Shown here piece by piece: positions 45,894-63,069 of a stretch of 64,000 bases of DNA. The notes beneath the pieces were generated by a model. That model did no database searches. It had not been told where the DNA came from and was given only the letters and a program-made list of their open reading frames with translations. The stretch is from NCBI GenBank assembly GCA_964016885.1, contig OZ024743.1, positions 164,300,001 through 164,364,000 of the forward strand. The letters run 5' to 3'. Made by a program: the position numbers and the translations under genes. This DNA is from Eledone cirrhosa. Taxonomy: Eukaryota. Numbering within the stretch: position 1 is the stretch's first letter; every line of letters starts with the position of its first letter.

Positions 45894-46530
45894 GTCAGTA
45901 ATTTATTACTACCTTATTACCAGTAAGATAAATAGCTCAATGTAATAATTGTTTCTCCTGTAGGCACAAGGCCAGCAATTATCCAGTGCATTACTGGTAC
46001 TTTATCGACCCCGTAAGGATGAAAGGCAAAGTCAACCTCGGCGGGATTTGAACTCGGATCATAAAGGGACGTAACTATGCTGGAAAGCATGGCGTCCGAC
46101 CCTCTACCGATACTGCCAATCCACTGTAATAATATCAGTTGTTCTACAGAACAGTTATATAGAATTCACAAGAATCAAAGCTATGTTCAAAGCATTTATT
46201 CACTTACAATTGTTTCATCCAAACCTAGGATTGGGGTCTTCGGAGCATTTTTCAATGTTTGTACACATAATTGACCTCCTTTCCAACGCAAGAGACATAC
46301 AGATTCTAATAGAGTGTTGTCTGCTTCGAACATAGCTTGTGAATTCTTGAACATTCTTGTGAATTCTAACTAACTGCTCTGTACAACAACTGATGTTATT
46401 ACATTAAGCTATTTATCTTACTGGTAATAAGATAGTAATAAATTACTGACCTTCACTGTTTAGGGTTTAAAATATACATAACTATAAAAAGTTTTAATAT
46501 ATACATAACCATAAATAGTATCCCTAATAT
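45892..46530. mobile_element. Inverted PLE pLTR structure interrupted by a SINE (45950-46124, TSD TGTAATAAT)
   Basis: Arms ~45892-46180 (SINE removed) and ~46355-46452 are inverted; hammerhead-like motif on the minus strand at 46201-46247; related sequence at 41430-41525. Confidence 0.65.
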
Positions 46531-46552
46531 TATATATATATATTATAATATT

Positions 46553-47122
46553 ATATGTATTTGGGAGCAAAGATTGGGAATACGGAAGATGATGTGGTTG
46601 AGAGGAAGAGCAAGGCCTGGGCGGCGTGCCACAGCTTGAGATCGGTGTGGAAGTCGGACCTTCGTAGAGACCTGAAAATCCGCCTCTTCATTGCTGTAGT
46701 GGAGTCTGTGCTGCTGTATGGGTCTGAGACTTGGACACTGACCAAGAAACTCACTCAGATGGTGGATGGGTGCTACACGAGAATGCTGAGGATGGCTCTG
46801 AACATTAATCAGTATACACTGAGGATGAAAAACTCAGAGCTGTATGGGAGCATCCCAAAAGTCAGCTCAAAAGTGACACAGAGGAGACTGAGGTTGGCTG
46901 GACATGCTCACCGACATCCAGAGTTGACATTGCACTCAGTGCTCCTGTGGGAGCCCCTACATGGACACACTAGAAGAGGAAGACCAAGGTTAACGTATGT
47001 TGATGCCCTAAGGACAGACACTGGTCTATTGGAGACGCAGGACATGGCAGCGATAATGAGGGACAGAGACCGCTGGAGAGAACTCGTCCATGGATCTCGG
47101 GAATTTTACCCGCCTTAGAAGA
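46553..47122 (+). mobile_element. 5'-truncated RTE-group LINE (family D) with open ORF end
   Basis: LKIRLFIAVVESVLLYGSETWTL...DGCYTRMLR...RRLRLAGH...RGRPRLTY; flanked by TA-rich sequence. Confidence 0.85.
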
Positions 47123-47149
47123 ATATATATATATATATATATATATATA

Positions 47150-48570
47150 CAAATAAGTACTCATAAATATACGCATATACACAGGCACATAAAAACAGCT
47201 CTACAGGTAGAGAATGCAGATAGGTAAGAGGTACTCACATAACCATAGTGGCTGTATTTCAGGTTGAAGAGGGGTGGGGGGGGGGGGGGGTAGGGGGGGA
47301 AGGAAGTAGAGAGGCTAAAAGGAGGAAGTCGTTTTTAGCCATCAGGCATTAACAGTGGCTTAAGGTATTTGAAAGTTGCAAAGTTCTTGTGCATGCAGTT
47401 CGGGCAGTGTTCAGAGAGTTTGTTCAGTAGCGGGCCCTTGGCGAATAAAATTTCATAGCTCTCCGAGATACAAAGGTCGCAGCCCTTGTGTCCTCCGTTG
47501 TAAGAGCGCGCTTTCTTGAGTACTTTCCATTTAAGCGTGAAGGGGGTGGAGTTCCTTTTGAGGTCCCAAACATAGGAGGCGAGTGTTGTCTGGTTTGATT
47601 CGTCCGGTCTTCTAAAGGAGTTGGTATGGGCATACCAACGGGTCTTAAAGTTATTGGAAGTCATGCCGATGCAAGTCTTTTTGTTATTGCAATCATTGGT
47701 GCCTGAGATGACATCGCATTTGTATATGATATCATTTGTCAGGCATTTGTTTTGAAGTGGGCAGGCTTCCTTATTTAGGCAATTACACAAGGCCCCAGTC
47801 CGGGGATTGGGTTCGGAGGTGGTTGGCTTATTTAATTTTTTAGAATTGTGGTTGGCTATATTCCTAGCTAGGTTAGGTGTAGTGGAGTAGGAGAGTCTTA
47901 TTGTGTTCTTATTGAAGATGGTGTAGTACTTATGTTGTATGGGGAAGTGTGTTTTCAGCAAAGTGAAGAAAATCCTAGCTATTGGTGTAGAGACCTCTCT
48001 ATTGAAGGGAGGGTTGTACCAGCTAATCTGCCTATGCCTATTTCTCCTCTGCAATATTGCGGTGGTTTCTAGGTAGGTTATCTTTTCTTTAAATCTGCTG
48101 CGGGCGAGGATATCATTGTAGTAGGAGGCAGAGGTGTTAAAAATATCTTCGTTGGCAGAGAGGCCAGAGATTCTAATAGAGACCATTTTACTAAGTTATC
48201 AGTAATGTTTTTGGGGTGGTTAGAATTATCTAAGGGACTCGTTAGGTTTGTGGTACGGGTAATAGAGGGAAGTATCTAGGTCGAGAGTGACATCTAAGAA
48301 GTTGGCCCTAGTCATATTAGATTCTATAGTTATACTAAATCCTAGATTAGAGAAGAGCGAGCTTAAGTTTCTCCGAAACCTATCGGTGGTTCTGGAGTTA
48401 ACCATGTGCAGGGCGAAGAACCCATCGTCTTGGTATAAACCTCCGGTTAGGCCAGTAAAGAGGTTCTTCAGGTGATGTAAAATGTACAAGCCCACAAGGT
48501 CGCTAAAGTCACTCGCTCCCATGCTGACGTGAAATGGGGTCTGAGACTTCTTGTTGATCCAGTAAGATCC
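47150..48570 (-). mobile_element. Naiad-like Penelope element (RT remnant 48226-48522, GIY-YIG ORF 47335-48186)
   Basis: GGLYQDD...NFLDVTL; CNCLNKEACPLQNKC; IIY...CIG; CDLC..E; LLNKLSE. Confidence 0.9.
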
Positions 48571-48605
48571 ATGTATGTATATGTGTATATATCTGTGTAT
48601 GTATT

Positions 48606-48717
<112 letters not shown>

Positions 48718-48727
48718 GGGTATATGT

Positions 48728-49172
48728 ATCATCATCATCATCGTTTAACGTCCATTTTCCACGCTAGCATGGGTTAGACGCGAGTTGTCCCACTTGAGGC
48801 AAGGTTGGTTGGGCGACCATGTCTTGCTCCTATAGGACTATCTGGCAGGTTTTCTACGACTGGATGCCCTTCCTAACACTAACCACATTTACAGTGTGGA
48901 ACTGGGAACTTTTTACCGTGTTACATACACACCCACATCACAGCATGGACTGTGTTTTTATGTTGTGACACCTACACGATCTCGATCTCATTATCTCATT
49001 TATTTGGACAGGATGTTGTGGTACCAAGTTTATAGAGAGGGGGTGATGTTGGTGGGAGTGGGAGGATAGGGTAGGGGTAGTGGATTGAGGTGTATATTTG
49101 GTTAAGAGATGCCTACTGACTGTAGGTTTCGCTTTGTACATAGGCAAAGATCTTGGTCCAGTGACATTGTCT
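48728..49172 (-). mobile_element. RTE family B 3'UTR with (CAT)n tail
   Basis: Reverse complement of about 14695-15140. Confidence 0.85.
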
Positions 49173-49207
<35 letters not shown>

Positions 49208-49224
49208 ATATATATAAATATATA

Positions 49225-50175
49225 TAAATTAATAAAATAATGAATAAACCAAGAAACAGTTCCTTATATTAAAAAATTCATCATTTTACGATCGTTTCTA
49301 GGATATATATGTTAGTGTTGGTATGCATATCCTATAGATCTATGTAAAATTTTTACAAACTTTCAGAGGGAATATACATACCTACACATATATATGCTGT
49401 CTTCAGAAATAATTATATTTGTTCATTGAATAAAACCAACAAAGATTTAATACAATAGGTCTGTTTGGGAACAGGTTTTGAATTGACCAATAGAAAGATA
49501 GTGAAGGTCAAGATAGTAATATAGTAGTAAAAGAACCTTAATTTATGGGTAGAGGAAGGTAGATTTCAGTTTTGGATGGAAAGAATATTATGATTGAAAG
49601 ATTATTTTAGGGATGAAAATAGGTTATATGCTGACCTCAGAAATAATTATATTTGTTCATTGAATAAAACCAACAAAGATTTAATATAGTAGGTCTGTTT
49701 GGGAACAGGTTTTGAATTAACCAATATAAAGGTAATAATTGGCCAAATGGTAAAATAGTAGTAATTGAAGTTTATTTTAGGGGTAGAAGAAGGCAGATTT
49801 CAGTTTTGAATGGAAGGAGTATGAAGACTGAAAAGGTTATTTTAGGGGTGAAAATAGGTCAGGTCAGTAAAAAGTAACACGAAAAGTTGCTGTTATAAAA
49901 GAATAATGCCAATGTAAATATCTAAGGAGACTAAAGTTGTACGATAAAATTGTTAGTGAAAAAAATATATATGGAACTTACATCTATGAAAAGAATATAA
50001 ATTAATTTAATTGATGGGTGTATTTATATTGATAAAATTATATTAATGCATATAGATATGATAAATAAGAGTTAGATGTAATTGAAGAGTGCTGTTAAAG
50101 ACTAGGGGAAATTAAAAAAGTATAAAAAGAATATATATATATATATATATACACACACATATACATATACACACA

Positions 50176-50243
<68 letters not shown>

Positions 50244-51679
50244 ATTATTGGGGGGGGGGAAGAGTTAAATTTATTAGTGAGAAATGATAAATATATAGAG
50301 ATTTCAAGGAACATAGAATCATAACCTGAAATTAAAACGTTATATATGTTTACTTAATGGTATCAATTTTAGGAAAAGATAGTTGTAAGAAGGAAAGCAA
50401 AATTATGTAGTTCATCAGTAGTAGAATATTAATTATAGGTTAACTAAATTAAAGATAGTTTTTATATTAATTTCTAAAATGTATATTAATTAGGTTTATA
50501 ATATTTAAAGGTTTTTCTCAGTTTATGATTACACGATATTATTAATTCCTGTCGTTTATTTAATAGGATATCCTTAGATTTCATTATTTCAAAAAGTTCT
50601 TGGGAACATAATCTACATTCATATCTATTATTTTGATAAGGAGTGGCCCTTTTGAGTACACTCCAGGTCAGGTCATAATCTATATTCCTCTTTCTATAAT
50701 TATTAATTATTTCAGCTAGAGATGTTGTATTAGCTAATGCGGCATTTTTAAAACTATGTTTGTGGGTATTAAATCTTACCTTAAATTGGTTAGAGGTAGC
50801 TCCTATATATGAATAAATTGAGTCCTTAGTGTTAACTTTACATTTATATACTATGTTATTAACAAGGCAATTTCCTTTTAATGGACAGTTTGCTTTGTTT
50901 CTACAGTTACAACTTTTCGTGAATCCTGTATCAGAGGAGATATTATGGTTAGTTTGATGTACTGGTGGTATACTCATGGTTTTTTTACATTTATATGCAT
51001 TGTAGGCACTTATATTTTGTTTAATGTTTTTGGTTGTTGAGGAGGAGAATTTAACCGTTGATCTATTTAAAATTTGATGGTATTTGTGGTTTGGCGGGAA
51101 GTTCTTCTCTAGGATATTAAAACATTTTTTAGGTATATTATCCTTAATTTGTAAATTAAATGGAGCATTATACCAATTAAGTCGTCTATTACGGTTTCGA
51201 TGTTGTTTATTGTTTTTATAGGATGTATCCTGATGTTTATTAAGAGAATTATTGTTAATGACTTCACCACACACATTTTTAGTTAGATTTATTGATTTAG
51301 GTGTTTTAGCTTGTTTATTAGGAGTTTTATTATTAACATTTATTAGAGTAGTAGGATGAGTAGTTTTTTGAGAGTTACTATATTGTATATTAGAAGAGTT
51401 AGAGAAATTTGGTTTTATGTTGGTATTTTGGGGTATAGTGTGAGTGTGTGTAAGGTGTTTGTTGGTAATATTAGGTTGTATGTTTGTAGTGTTATTGGTA
51501 CAAGGTATATATATACAAATTTATTTTTGTGGCCACTTCTAGCTAAAGCTTTGTTATAAAAGGTCGCATTTTTATCAAATACATCTTGGTTAGATGAAAG
51601 GTTAGAAATTCTAAGTGAGATATTATATGCAAGGTTTTTAAGGATAGATTTAGGGTGATTAGATTGTGAGTGTATATAT
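49225..51679 (-). mobile_element. Naiad-like Penelope element: thumb (51415-51680), GIY-YIG ORF (50486-51274), long 3' region with a ~235-bp tandem duplication (49390-49860) and pLTR
   Basis: YIHSQSNHPKSILKNL..ISLRISNLSS; CNCRNKANCPLKGNC; IVY...YIG; CRLC..E; LLNKRQE; truncated at the SINE insertion. Confidence 0.88.
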
Positions 51680-52023
51680 GGAGGCATATGGCTTAGTGGT
51701 TAGAGCATTGGCCTTGCAATCGAAAAGTTGTGAGTTCAATTCTCAGACAGGGTGATGTGTTGTTTCCTTGAGCAAGAGACTTTATTTCACATTGCTCCAG
51801 TTTACTCAGCTGTAGAAATGAGATGATAGGGACTGGGGTCTCTATCATTCCACTGCAAAGTGGTCGTGGAGGTACCACGGCAAAAAAGCACCCAGCACTC
51901 ACTGTAAATGAGGTTGGTGTTAGGAAGGGCATCCAGCTGTAGAAATCATGCCAGAATCAGTTCCCGTCCCACCCTTGCAAGCAGGGAAAAGCGGACATAA
52001 AATGAAATGATGATGATGATGAT
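51680..52023 (+). mobile_element. CORE-SINE with RTE tail
   Basis: Near-identical to 3375-3718. Confidence 0.9.
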
Positions 52024-52434
52024 ATATATATATGTATACACTTATATACATATGTATATACATATGTACATATATAATTATACATATATAATTATACATA
52101 TATATATACATATATAATTATACATATATAATTATACATATATATATATGTACATATATAATTATACATATATATATATATATACATATATATAGTTATA
52201 CATATATATATATATATACATATGTATATATATATATATATGTATAACTATATATATGTATATATATATATATATGTATAATTATATATGTACATATATA
52301 TATATGTATAATTATATATGTATAATTATATATGTATATATTTATATGTATAATTATATATGTATATATTTATATGTATAACTATATATATGTATATATA
52401 TATGTATATATGTATATATGTATATGTATATACA

Positions 52435-52590
52435 TGTAAATGTGGTTGGTGTTAGGAAGGGCATCCAGCCGTAGAAAACCCGCCAGACAGTCCTATGCGA
52501 GCAAGACAACCACTCTTGCCTCAAGTGGGAAAACGCCCGTCCAAACCCATGCAAGCGTGGAACATGGACGTTAAACGATGATGATGATAT
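52435..52590 (+). mobile_element. Very short RTE family B 3' tail insertion
   Basis: Inverted copy of 52843-53007. Confidence 0.85.
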
Positions 52591-52612
52591 GTATATATAT
52601 ATATATATACAC

Positions 52613-52811
<199 letters not shown>

Positions 52812-52842
52812 CATACATATGTGTATATATATATATATATGT

Positions 52843-55162
52843 ATCATCATCATCATCATCATCAACGTTTAACGTCCGTGTTCCACGCTTGCATGGGTTT
52901 GGACGGGGGTAGTCCCACTTGAGGCAAGAGTGATTGTCTTGCTCGCATAGGACTGTCTGGCAGGTTTTCTACAGTTGGATGCCCTTCCTAACACCAACCA
53001 CATTTACAGTGTGGGTCTGGGAGGTTTTTACCGTGTTGCCTACACGGCCACATTACAGCGTGGACTGTGTGTTTTTTTGTCGTGACACCTACACGATCTC
53101 ATTTGTTTCGGCCTCGATGGCGCGGCACCAACATAACTTTACATAGAACGGGGTGGTGTGGATCGGGTGGGGGTGGTGGGACGGGGTGTATTTTGTTAGA
53201 GATGCCTACTGGCTGGAGTAGGTTTTACTATATATTTAGGTAAGGCGGGTCTTCTCTGTTACTGAGTACCGCCAAAGGTCTCGGTCCAGTGACATTGTCT
53301 TGGAGAGGTGTAAGTGTGTGATGTCGGAGTTTATCAGCTCGTCCCAGGTTTTTCTAGGTCTGCCTATTCCGTGACTACCGTCTATCTTTATTGCCCTGCA
53401 CTTTGTTATACAGCTATCGACTTTCATGCGCATCACGTGTCCATACCAACGTAGCCTTCTCTCGAGTAAACAACATCTGATCCCTCTTATCTCTAATTTA
53501 TTCCTTAGTTCGTTTATGCTTTGCCGTTCACGTATATTACTGTTACACATCCAGCGGAGCATGCAAGCTTCGTTCCTCTCTAGTCTGCGTATATCCTCTG
53601 CACACAATGCCCAGGTCTCACTGCCATGCAGCATTGCTGTTCGTATGCAGGCATCGTACAACCTGCCTTTCATTTTTAGTGAGAACCCTTTAGCAGCTAA
53701 TAGTGGTATAAGCTCTCTGAACTTTTTCCAACCAGTTCTGACTCTAGCTACAGTACTTTCAGAGCACCCTCCCCCACTGCTGATTTTATCGCCCAGGTAA
53801 CGGAAGCTGTCCACTATTTCTATAGAACCCTCTGCGCAATTGAAAGAGCTAGTAGTTTGTGGGCACTTGCTGCTACTTATTGCACCAGAGCACCGGCCAC
53901 ATGTAAAATCTATGTTCTTAGTTAGCCTACCTGTGATCCCACTACATCTTTTATGCACCCATACTTTGCATTTAGGACATAAAATGGAGTTTCTACCTAC
54001 GCCTTTCCTACACACCGAGCACGACCATTTCCCAGAAGGGACCGCCGCCTTGTTTTCTTTCCTACAAACTAGTACTTTGGTCTTAGCCAGGTTAATTTTA
54101 AGTCCTTTTGACTCTAGGCCGTGCTTCCATGTTTGGAATTTCTTCTCTAGCTCGGCCATTGATTCCGCTATGAGTGTCAGGTCGTCTGCGTATAGGAGTT
54201 CCCATGGGCAGCCTGTCTTGAACTCCTCTGTTATGGCCTGAAGGGCAATAATAAATAGTAGTGGACTGAGAACAGAGCCCTGATGGACGCCGACTTTTAC
54301 GCTAAACTCTTCACTATATTCGTTGTTAATTCTAACCTTGCTGACTGTTTCTTTATACATGGCTTGTATAGCCCTCACAAGCCATTCGTCAACGCCTAGT
54401 TTTCTAAGAGCCCACCAGATAATGGAGCGGGGGACTCTGTCGAAGGCTTTCTCCAAGTCGACAAAAGCTAAGTAGAGGGGTTTACCTTTAGCTAGGTACT
54501 TCTCTTGTAGTTGTCGTACTATGAAAAGAGCGTCTGTGGTACTTTTGCCTGACACAAACCCGAACTGCATTTCATCTAGGTCAATTCTCTCTCTGATTAG
54601 TTGCGCTATTACTCTTTCCGTGACCTTCATGACCTGGTCGATTAATTTAATGCCTCTATAGTTACTCCTATCTAGGGCGTCTCCTTTACCCTTATAACAG
54701 TTAACGATGATGCTGCTATGCCAGTCCTTCGGAACAACCCCGTTCTGTACGACTTGGTTAACTATGCGGGTGACCATGGTGTGTCCCACCGTGCCAGATG
54801 CCTTCAGCATCTCAGCAACTATTTCCGAAGGCCCAGCCGCCTTACCAGTCTTCATATCCTTGATTGCCTTACTTATTATACTCCCCTCGACTAACACTGC
54901 TGGTCCCTCTATTGGGTCGATATGGGGGAGACTGCCTTTCTCCCAATTATTCTCCTCATTTAGAAGCCTTTCATAGTGACACTTCCAAGCTACCTTCTTA
55001 TCAGCGTCGGTGATGGCAAGTGTGCCATCGTCGTTTAGTACACACTTCTCCCCGACAATATCACGGTTTTCCTTGACGCATTGCCTAGCAATCCTGAACA
55101 CCTCACGTTTTTGGTCATCGTACCCTCACGTTTTTGGTCATCGCCTCACGTTTTTGGTCATC
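52843..55162 (-). mobile_element. 5'-truncated RTE LINE (family B) with an uninterrupted 621-aa ORF remnant (53236-55101): RT with embedded PHD finger
   Basis: NYRGIKL, QFGF, FVDLEKAFD, GVHQGSVLSPLLF, LYADD, FRYLG motifs; 3'UTR and (CAT)n tail; inserted in a (TA)n tract. Confidence 0.95.
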
Positions 55163-55185
55163 ATATATATATATATATATACATA

Positions 55186-55231
<46 letters not shown>

Positions 55232-55242
55232 TATATACATAC

Positions 55243-55339
<97 letters not shown>

Positions 55340-55489
55340 CATATACATATATATATATATACATATATATACATATATATATATATACACATATGTATGT
55401 ATATATATATATATATACACATATGTATGTATATATATATATATATACATATATGTATGTATATATACATATATGTATGTATATATACA

Positions 55490-58286
55490 CATGGCTGAGG
55501 CCATGCTGGGGCACCGCCCTTGTTGCTACACATTTTATCTCCAGCCTGTATAGGTTGGCCACTGGTGTAGGAGGGAGTTTGTTGCTGCTGCCCTTAGGTT
55601 TCCCTCGTGTCTTGCTGTGGGCTCATCCGGGATCCTGGATAACAAGGTGTCGAGATGTTTCTTAAAGACATCCACCTCCACGTCATGCAAGTCTCGCAGA
55701 TGCCTCGGCAGCCTGTTGAAGAGTTGAGGGCCCTTGAATCCCAGGCTATTGCAATACCTGCTCCTTATTCTAGATGTGGAAGACGGGACCTTTGGCACCA
55801 CACAGTGACGTCCTGTTCGACGGTTGGTCCAGCTCCCAATGCCAAAGTTTGGTGCTAGTCCCTCCAGGATTTTCCACATGTAGATCACTGCGTATCTCTC
55901 CCGTCTTCGCTCCAAGGAGTAGAGGTTCAGTTCCCTCAGCCTCTCCCAGTAGCTTGTCTCCCTCATCCTGGCAATCCTCTTGGTGTCGCTTCGCTGGATT
56001 GCCTCAAGCTCCGTGGTTAGTTTGACACTATGGGGTGACCACAGCTGGGAGCAGTAGTCCAGGCGGCTTAGGAGAAAAGTCCTCCACAGTGTCAACATGG
56101 TGTCTCGATCTCTTGTAAGGAAAGTCCTCAAGATCCAGCCAGCGAATCGTCTACATGCTGTCGCCACCTTCATGATGTGTGAAGAAAAAGATGCATCATC
56201 GCTCATGTCTATGCCCAGGTCTCGTATCGATTTTGACACGGGGATATCGGACCCTCCTGGTCCTGTGTAGCTGTGTTCCGCTATATTTGTGTTTGTGTTT
56301 GCAGGTTTGTATTGTAGGGCTTGGAATTTGCCAGCATTAAACTGCATGTTGTTTTCTTCCGCCCATCTGTATATGGCATCCAGATCCTGCTGTAAGAGGG
56401 CAGCGTCAGCCGGGTTTTTGATTGCCTGTGCTACCTTAGTGTCATCAGCATAGCTAGTGAGGGATGTTGCTGCATGCACCACAGAGGGCATGTCCGAGAG
56501 AGCCACCAAAAACAGTAGTGGTCCCAGGACTGTCCCCTGAGGCACCCCACTTGTTATCGGTGTTTCCCTCGAGATGCAATTTGGGTTTGTACCAGGGAAA
56601 GGCACCACTGATGCCCTCTTCCTTGTGAGGCAATTACAGGAAAAGTACCTAGCTAAAAGTAAGCCACTCTACTTGGCATTTGTCGACCTTGAGAAAGCCT
56701 TTGACAGAGTTCCACGTGCAGTAATCTGGTGGGCTCTTAGAAAACTAGGAGTAGATGAATGGCTTGTGAAAGCGGTACAAGCCATGTATAGGGGAGCAGT
56801 CAGCAAAGTTAGGATTGGCAATGAGTATAGCGAGGAATTTAGCGTACAGGTTGGGGTCCACCAGGGCTCTGTTCTTAGCCCTCTCCTGTTCATCATAGTC
56901 CTGCAGGCAATAACGGAGGAGTTTAAGACCGGATGCCCATGGGAACTCCTGTATGCTGATGACCTCGCACTCATAGCTGAATCTATGGTAGAACTAGAGA
57001 ATAAATTCCAAACCTGGAAGCAGAGACTAGAGAGAAAGGGCCTCAAAGTCAACATGACAAAGACTAAGGTCCTTATAAGTAGACGAGAAGACAGAACCCA
57101 GATCCCCTCAGGGAAATGGCCTTGCTCAGTATGTAGGAAAGGTGTAGGTAGGAACTCCATTCTTTGCCCCAAATGCAAACAATGGGTACACAAGAGATGT
57201 AGCGGGATCTCAGGAAGCTTAATTAAGAATGTAGGATTCACATGCAGCAGCTGTGCTGAAACAGCAAGCAAACAGCCACAGGAAACAAGTACCACCAATC
57301 TCTGGGAGGGCCCTGTAGAAACAGTAGACAGCTTCTGCTACCTAGGTGACCGAATTAGCAACGGAGGTGGGTGCTCAGAAAGTACAATAACTAGGGTAAG
57401 AACGGGATGGAAGAAGTTTAGGGAACTACTACCACTGCTAGCTGCAAAAGGCTTCTCCCTCAGAATGAAAGGCAGACTGTATGATGCGTGTATCCGAACA
57501 GCGATGTTGCATGGTAGCGAGACCTGGGCGCTGAAGGTGGAAGACTTACGTAGATTAGAGAGAAACGAAGCCTGCATGCTCCGATTGATGTGTAACAGTA
57601 ATATACGTGAACGACAAAGCATAAATGAATTGAGAGAGAGACTGAGCATAAGAGGAATCAAATGCTGCGTGCAGGAGAGGCGGTTACGCTGGTATGGACA
57701 TGTGATGCGTATGAAGGATGACAGCTGCATAAAAAGGTGCAGAGCACTAGAAGTTGATGGAAACCGCGGAGTGGGGAGACCCAAGATGACTTGGGATGAG
57801 GTGATAAAAATCGACCTTACCCAACTACACCTCTCAAAGTCAATGACACACGACCGTGACTTCTGGCGTCACGCAGTAATGCAGGGTACCCGACCTCCCA
57901 TGGGTACATGCTGAAGCATATAAACAATATGCCCCCCCCCCCCCCCCCACCGCAAGGTGGTCGTGGAGGTGCCACGGCAAAAAAGCACCCAGCCCACACT
58001 GTAAAGTGGACGTGTAGGCGCCACGAAAAAGCACCCAGCACTCACTGTAAATGAGGTTGGTGTTAGGAAGGGCATCCAGCTGTAGAAATCAAGCCAGATC
58101 AGTTCCTGTATGAGCAAGGCATGGTCAGCCGACCAGACACTGCCCACAACAGGACAACCCGTCTAACCCATGCTAGCGTGGAAGAACGGACGTAAAACGG
58201 TGATGATGATGATGATGAGGGCCCCATTTGCTGCGACTGCCTGGCTTCTGTCCCTTAGGAAGCCATGCAGCCACTCACCTACTTTT
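55490..58286 (-). mobile_element. CR1-clade LINE fragment (RT C-terminal half), split by an RTE insertion into 55490-56573 and 58217-58286
   Basis: [23 protein letters not shown]|SRETPITSGVPQGTVLGPLLF...YADDTK...LDYCSQLWSP...YWERLRELNLYSLERRRER. Confidence 0.9.
56571..58218 (+). mobile_element. 5'-truncated young RTE LINE (family A); ORF remnant 56574-57914
   Basis: Open 446-aa RT-PHD frame, 3'UTR, (GAT)n tail; nearly identical to the 8462 copy. Confidence 0.95.
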
Positions 58287-60710
<2,424 letters not shown>

Positions 60711-61324
60711 TGGTGGCTGCCAACTCGTTTTCGAGTACGGCCACTACTTTATAACCATGTAGGAGAACCCCTACCGATACGCTGAACGAGTGTGACTTTT
60801 TAGTCCAGCCAGCAACTTGAAAACTCTGGTACAAACACTACACTCGTGACAATTATTGACACATAGTGCTGGGCCCATGGTACCATGTGATGACAAGTGC
60901 AGAGAGATCTCCAGATACAAAGCAATGCCTGTGCCGTGAAGCTTTTATAGTGAGCAAAGGCACTGCACAAAGCCAGTCCCACTCTCTTAACCAAGATGAT
61001 ATTTACCAAAAAGAAGAACAAGTCAACATCATTGGATACCATCAGGGTTGCAGGTGTTATATCAGAGTTTTCCTTCTCCTAGAATTCTGCCTTGACAAAG
61101 GCTAAGGGGTCATCTCTCCCGGTGATTTTGGATGGCCATTGACTCTTAAGAGCTCCTTTGCCCTTTGACAGGTTTTGTTTTTAGTCCTGCAGGATGTCCA
61201 AAGTCACCCTCCTCACCAAGAAACCTTAGTGGGGTTGCCAGTTTAGTCGCCAACGACCCGACCATGAGACAGGTTGTACTGGGATACATGTTACCAGTAG
61301 CACCAAGTGGTGACCTGACATAAC
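60711..61324 (-). mobile_element. Probable RTE-type LINE 5'UTR-derived segment, copy 1
   Basis: Contains a ctaggagaaggaaaactctg motif (minus strand) like 1640-1975; no credible ORF; duplicated at 63070-63683. Confidence 0.45.
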
Positions 61325-61333
61325 ATATATATA

Positions 61334-61367
<34 letters not shown>

Positions 61368-61436
61368 TACATACATACATACATATCTATATATATACAT
61401 ACATACATATCTATATATATATATATACATACATAC

Positions 61437-61469
<33 letters not shown>

Positions 61470-62087
61470 CATACATACATATCTATATATATATACATAC
61501 ATACATATATATATACATACATACATATCTATATATATATACATACATACATATCTATATATATATACATACATATATATATCTATATATATATACATAC
61601 ATATATATATCTATATATATATATATATATATATACATACATACATATATATATATATACATATACATACATATATATATACATACATATATATATACAT
61701 ACATATATATATACATACATATATATATACATACATACATATATACATACATATATATATACATACATACATATATATATACATACATACATATATATAT
61801 ATATACATACATACATATATATATATATACATACACATATATATATATATATATATATACATACATATATATATATATATACATATACATACATATATAT
61901 ATATATATACATATATATGTATATATACATATATACATACATATATATATATATACATATATATGTATATATACATATATACATATATGTATATATACAT
62001 ATATATGTATATATACATATATATATACATACATATATATATATATACATATATATACATACATATATATATATATACATATATATG

Positions 62088-62120
<33 letters not shown>

Positions 62121-62458
62121 ACACACATACATACATATATACATACATATATATATACACATACATATATACATACATATATATATACACATACATATAT
62201 ACATACATATATACATACATATATATATACACATACATACATATATACATACATATATATATACACATACATACATATATACATATATATATACACATAC
62301 ATACATATATACATATATATATACACATACATACATATATACATACATATATATATACACATACATACATATATACATACATATATATATACACACATAT
62401 ATACATACATACATATATATACATTCATATATATATACATACATATATATATATATAC

Positions 62459-62489
<31 letters not shown>

Positions 62490-62849
62490 CATACATATAT
62501 ATATATATATACATACATATATATATATATACATACATATATATATATATATATACATACATATATATATACATACATATATATATACATACATATATAC
62601 ATACATACATATATACATACAAACATATATATATACATACATATATACATACAAACATATATATATACATACATATATATATACATACATATATACATAC
62701 AAACATATATATATACATACATATATACATACAAACATATATATACATACATATATACATACATACATACATATATATATACATATATATATACATATAT
62801 ATATATACATACATATATACATACATATATACATACATACATATATATA

Positions 62850-62885
<36 letters not shown>

Positions 62886-62975
62886 TACATACATATATAC
62901 ATACATACATATATATATATACATACATATATACATACATACATACATATATATATACATACATATATACATACA

Positions 62976-63009
<34 letters not shown>

Positions 63010-63069
63010 CATACATACATACATATATATATATACATACATATATACATACATACATACATATATATA
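61325..63069. repeat. (TA)n/(TACA)n compound microsatellite
   Basis: Direct reading; its interruption pattern mirrors about 59300-60710. Confidence 0.97.

Noticed and set aside
55535-56608. 357-aa ORF as a stand-alone gene starting at 56608
   Set aside because: Its first codons are antisense RTE sequence; the real CR1 frame continues at 58217-58286.
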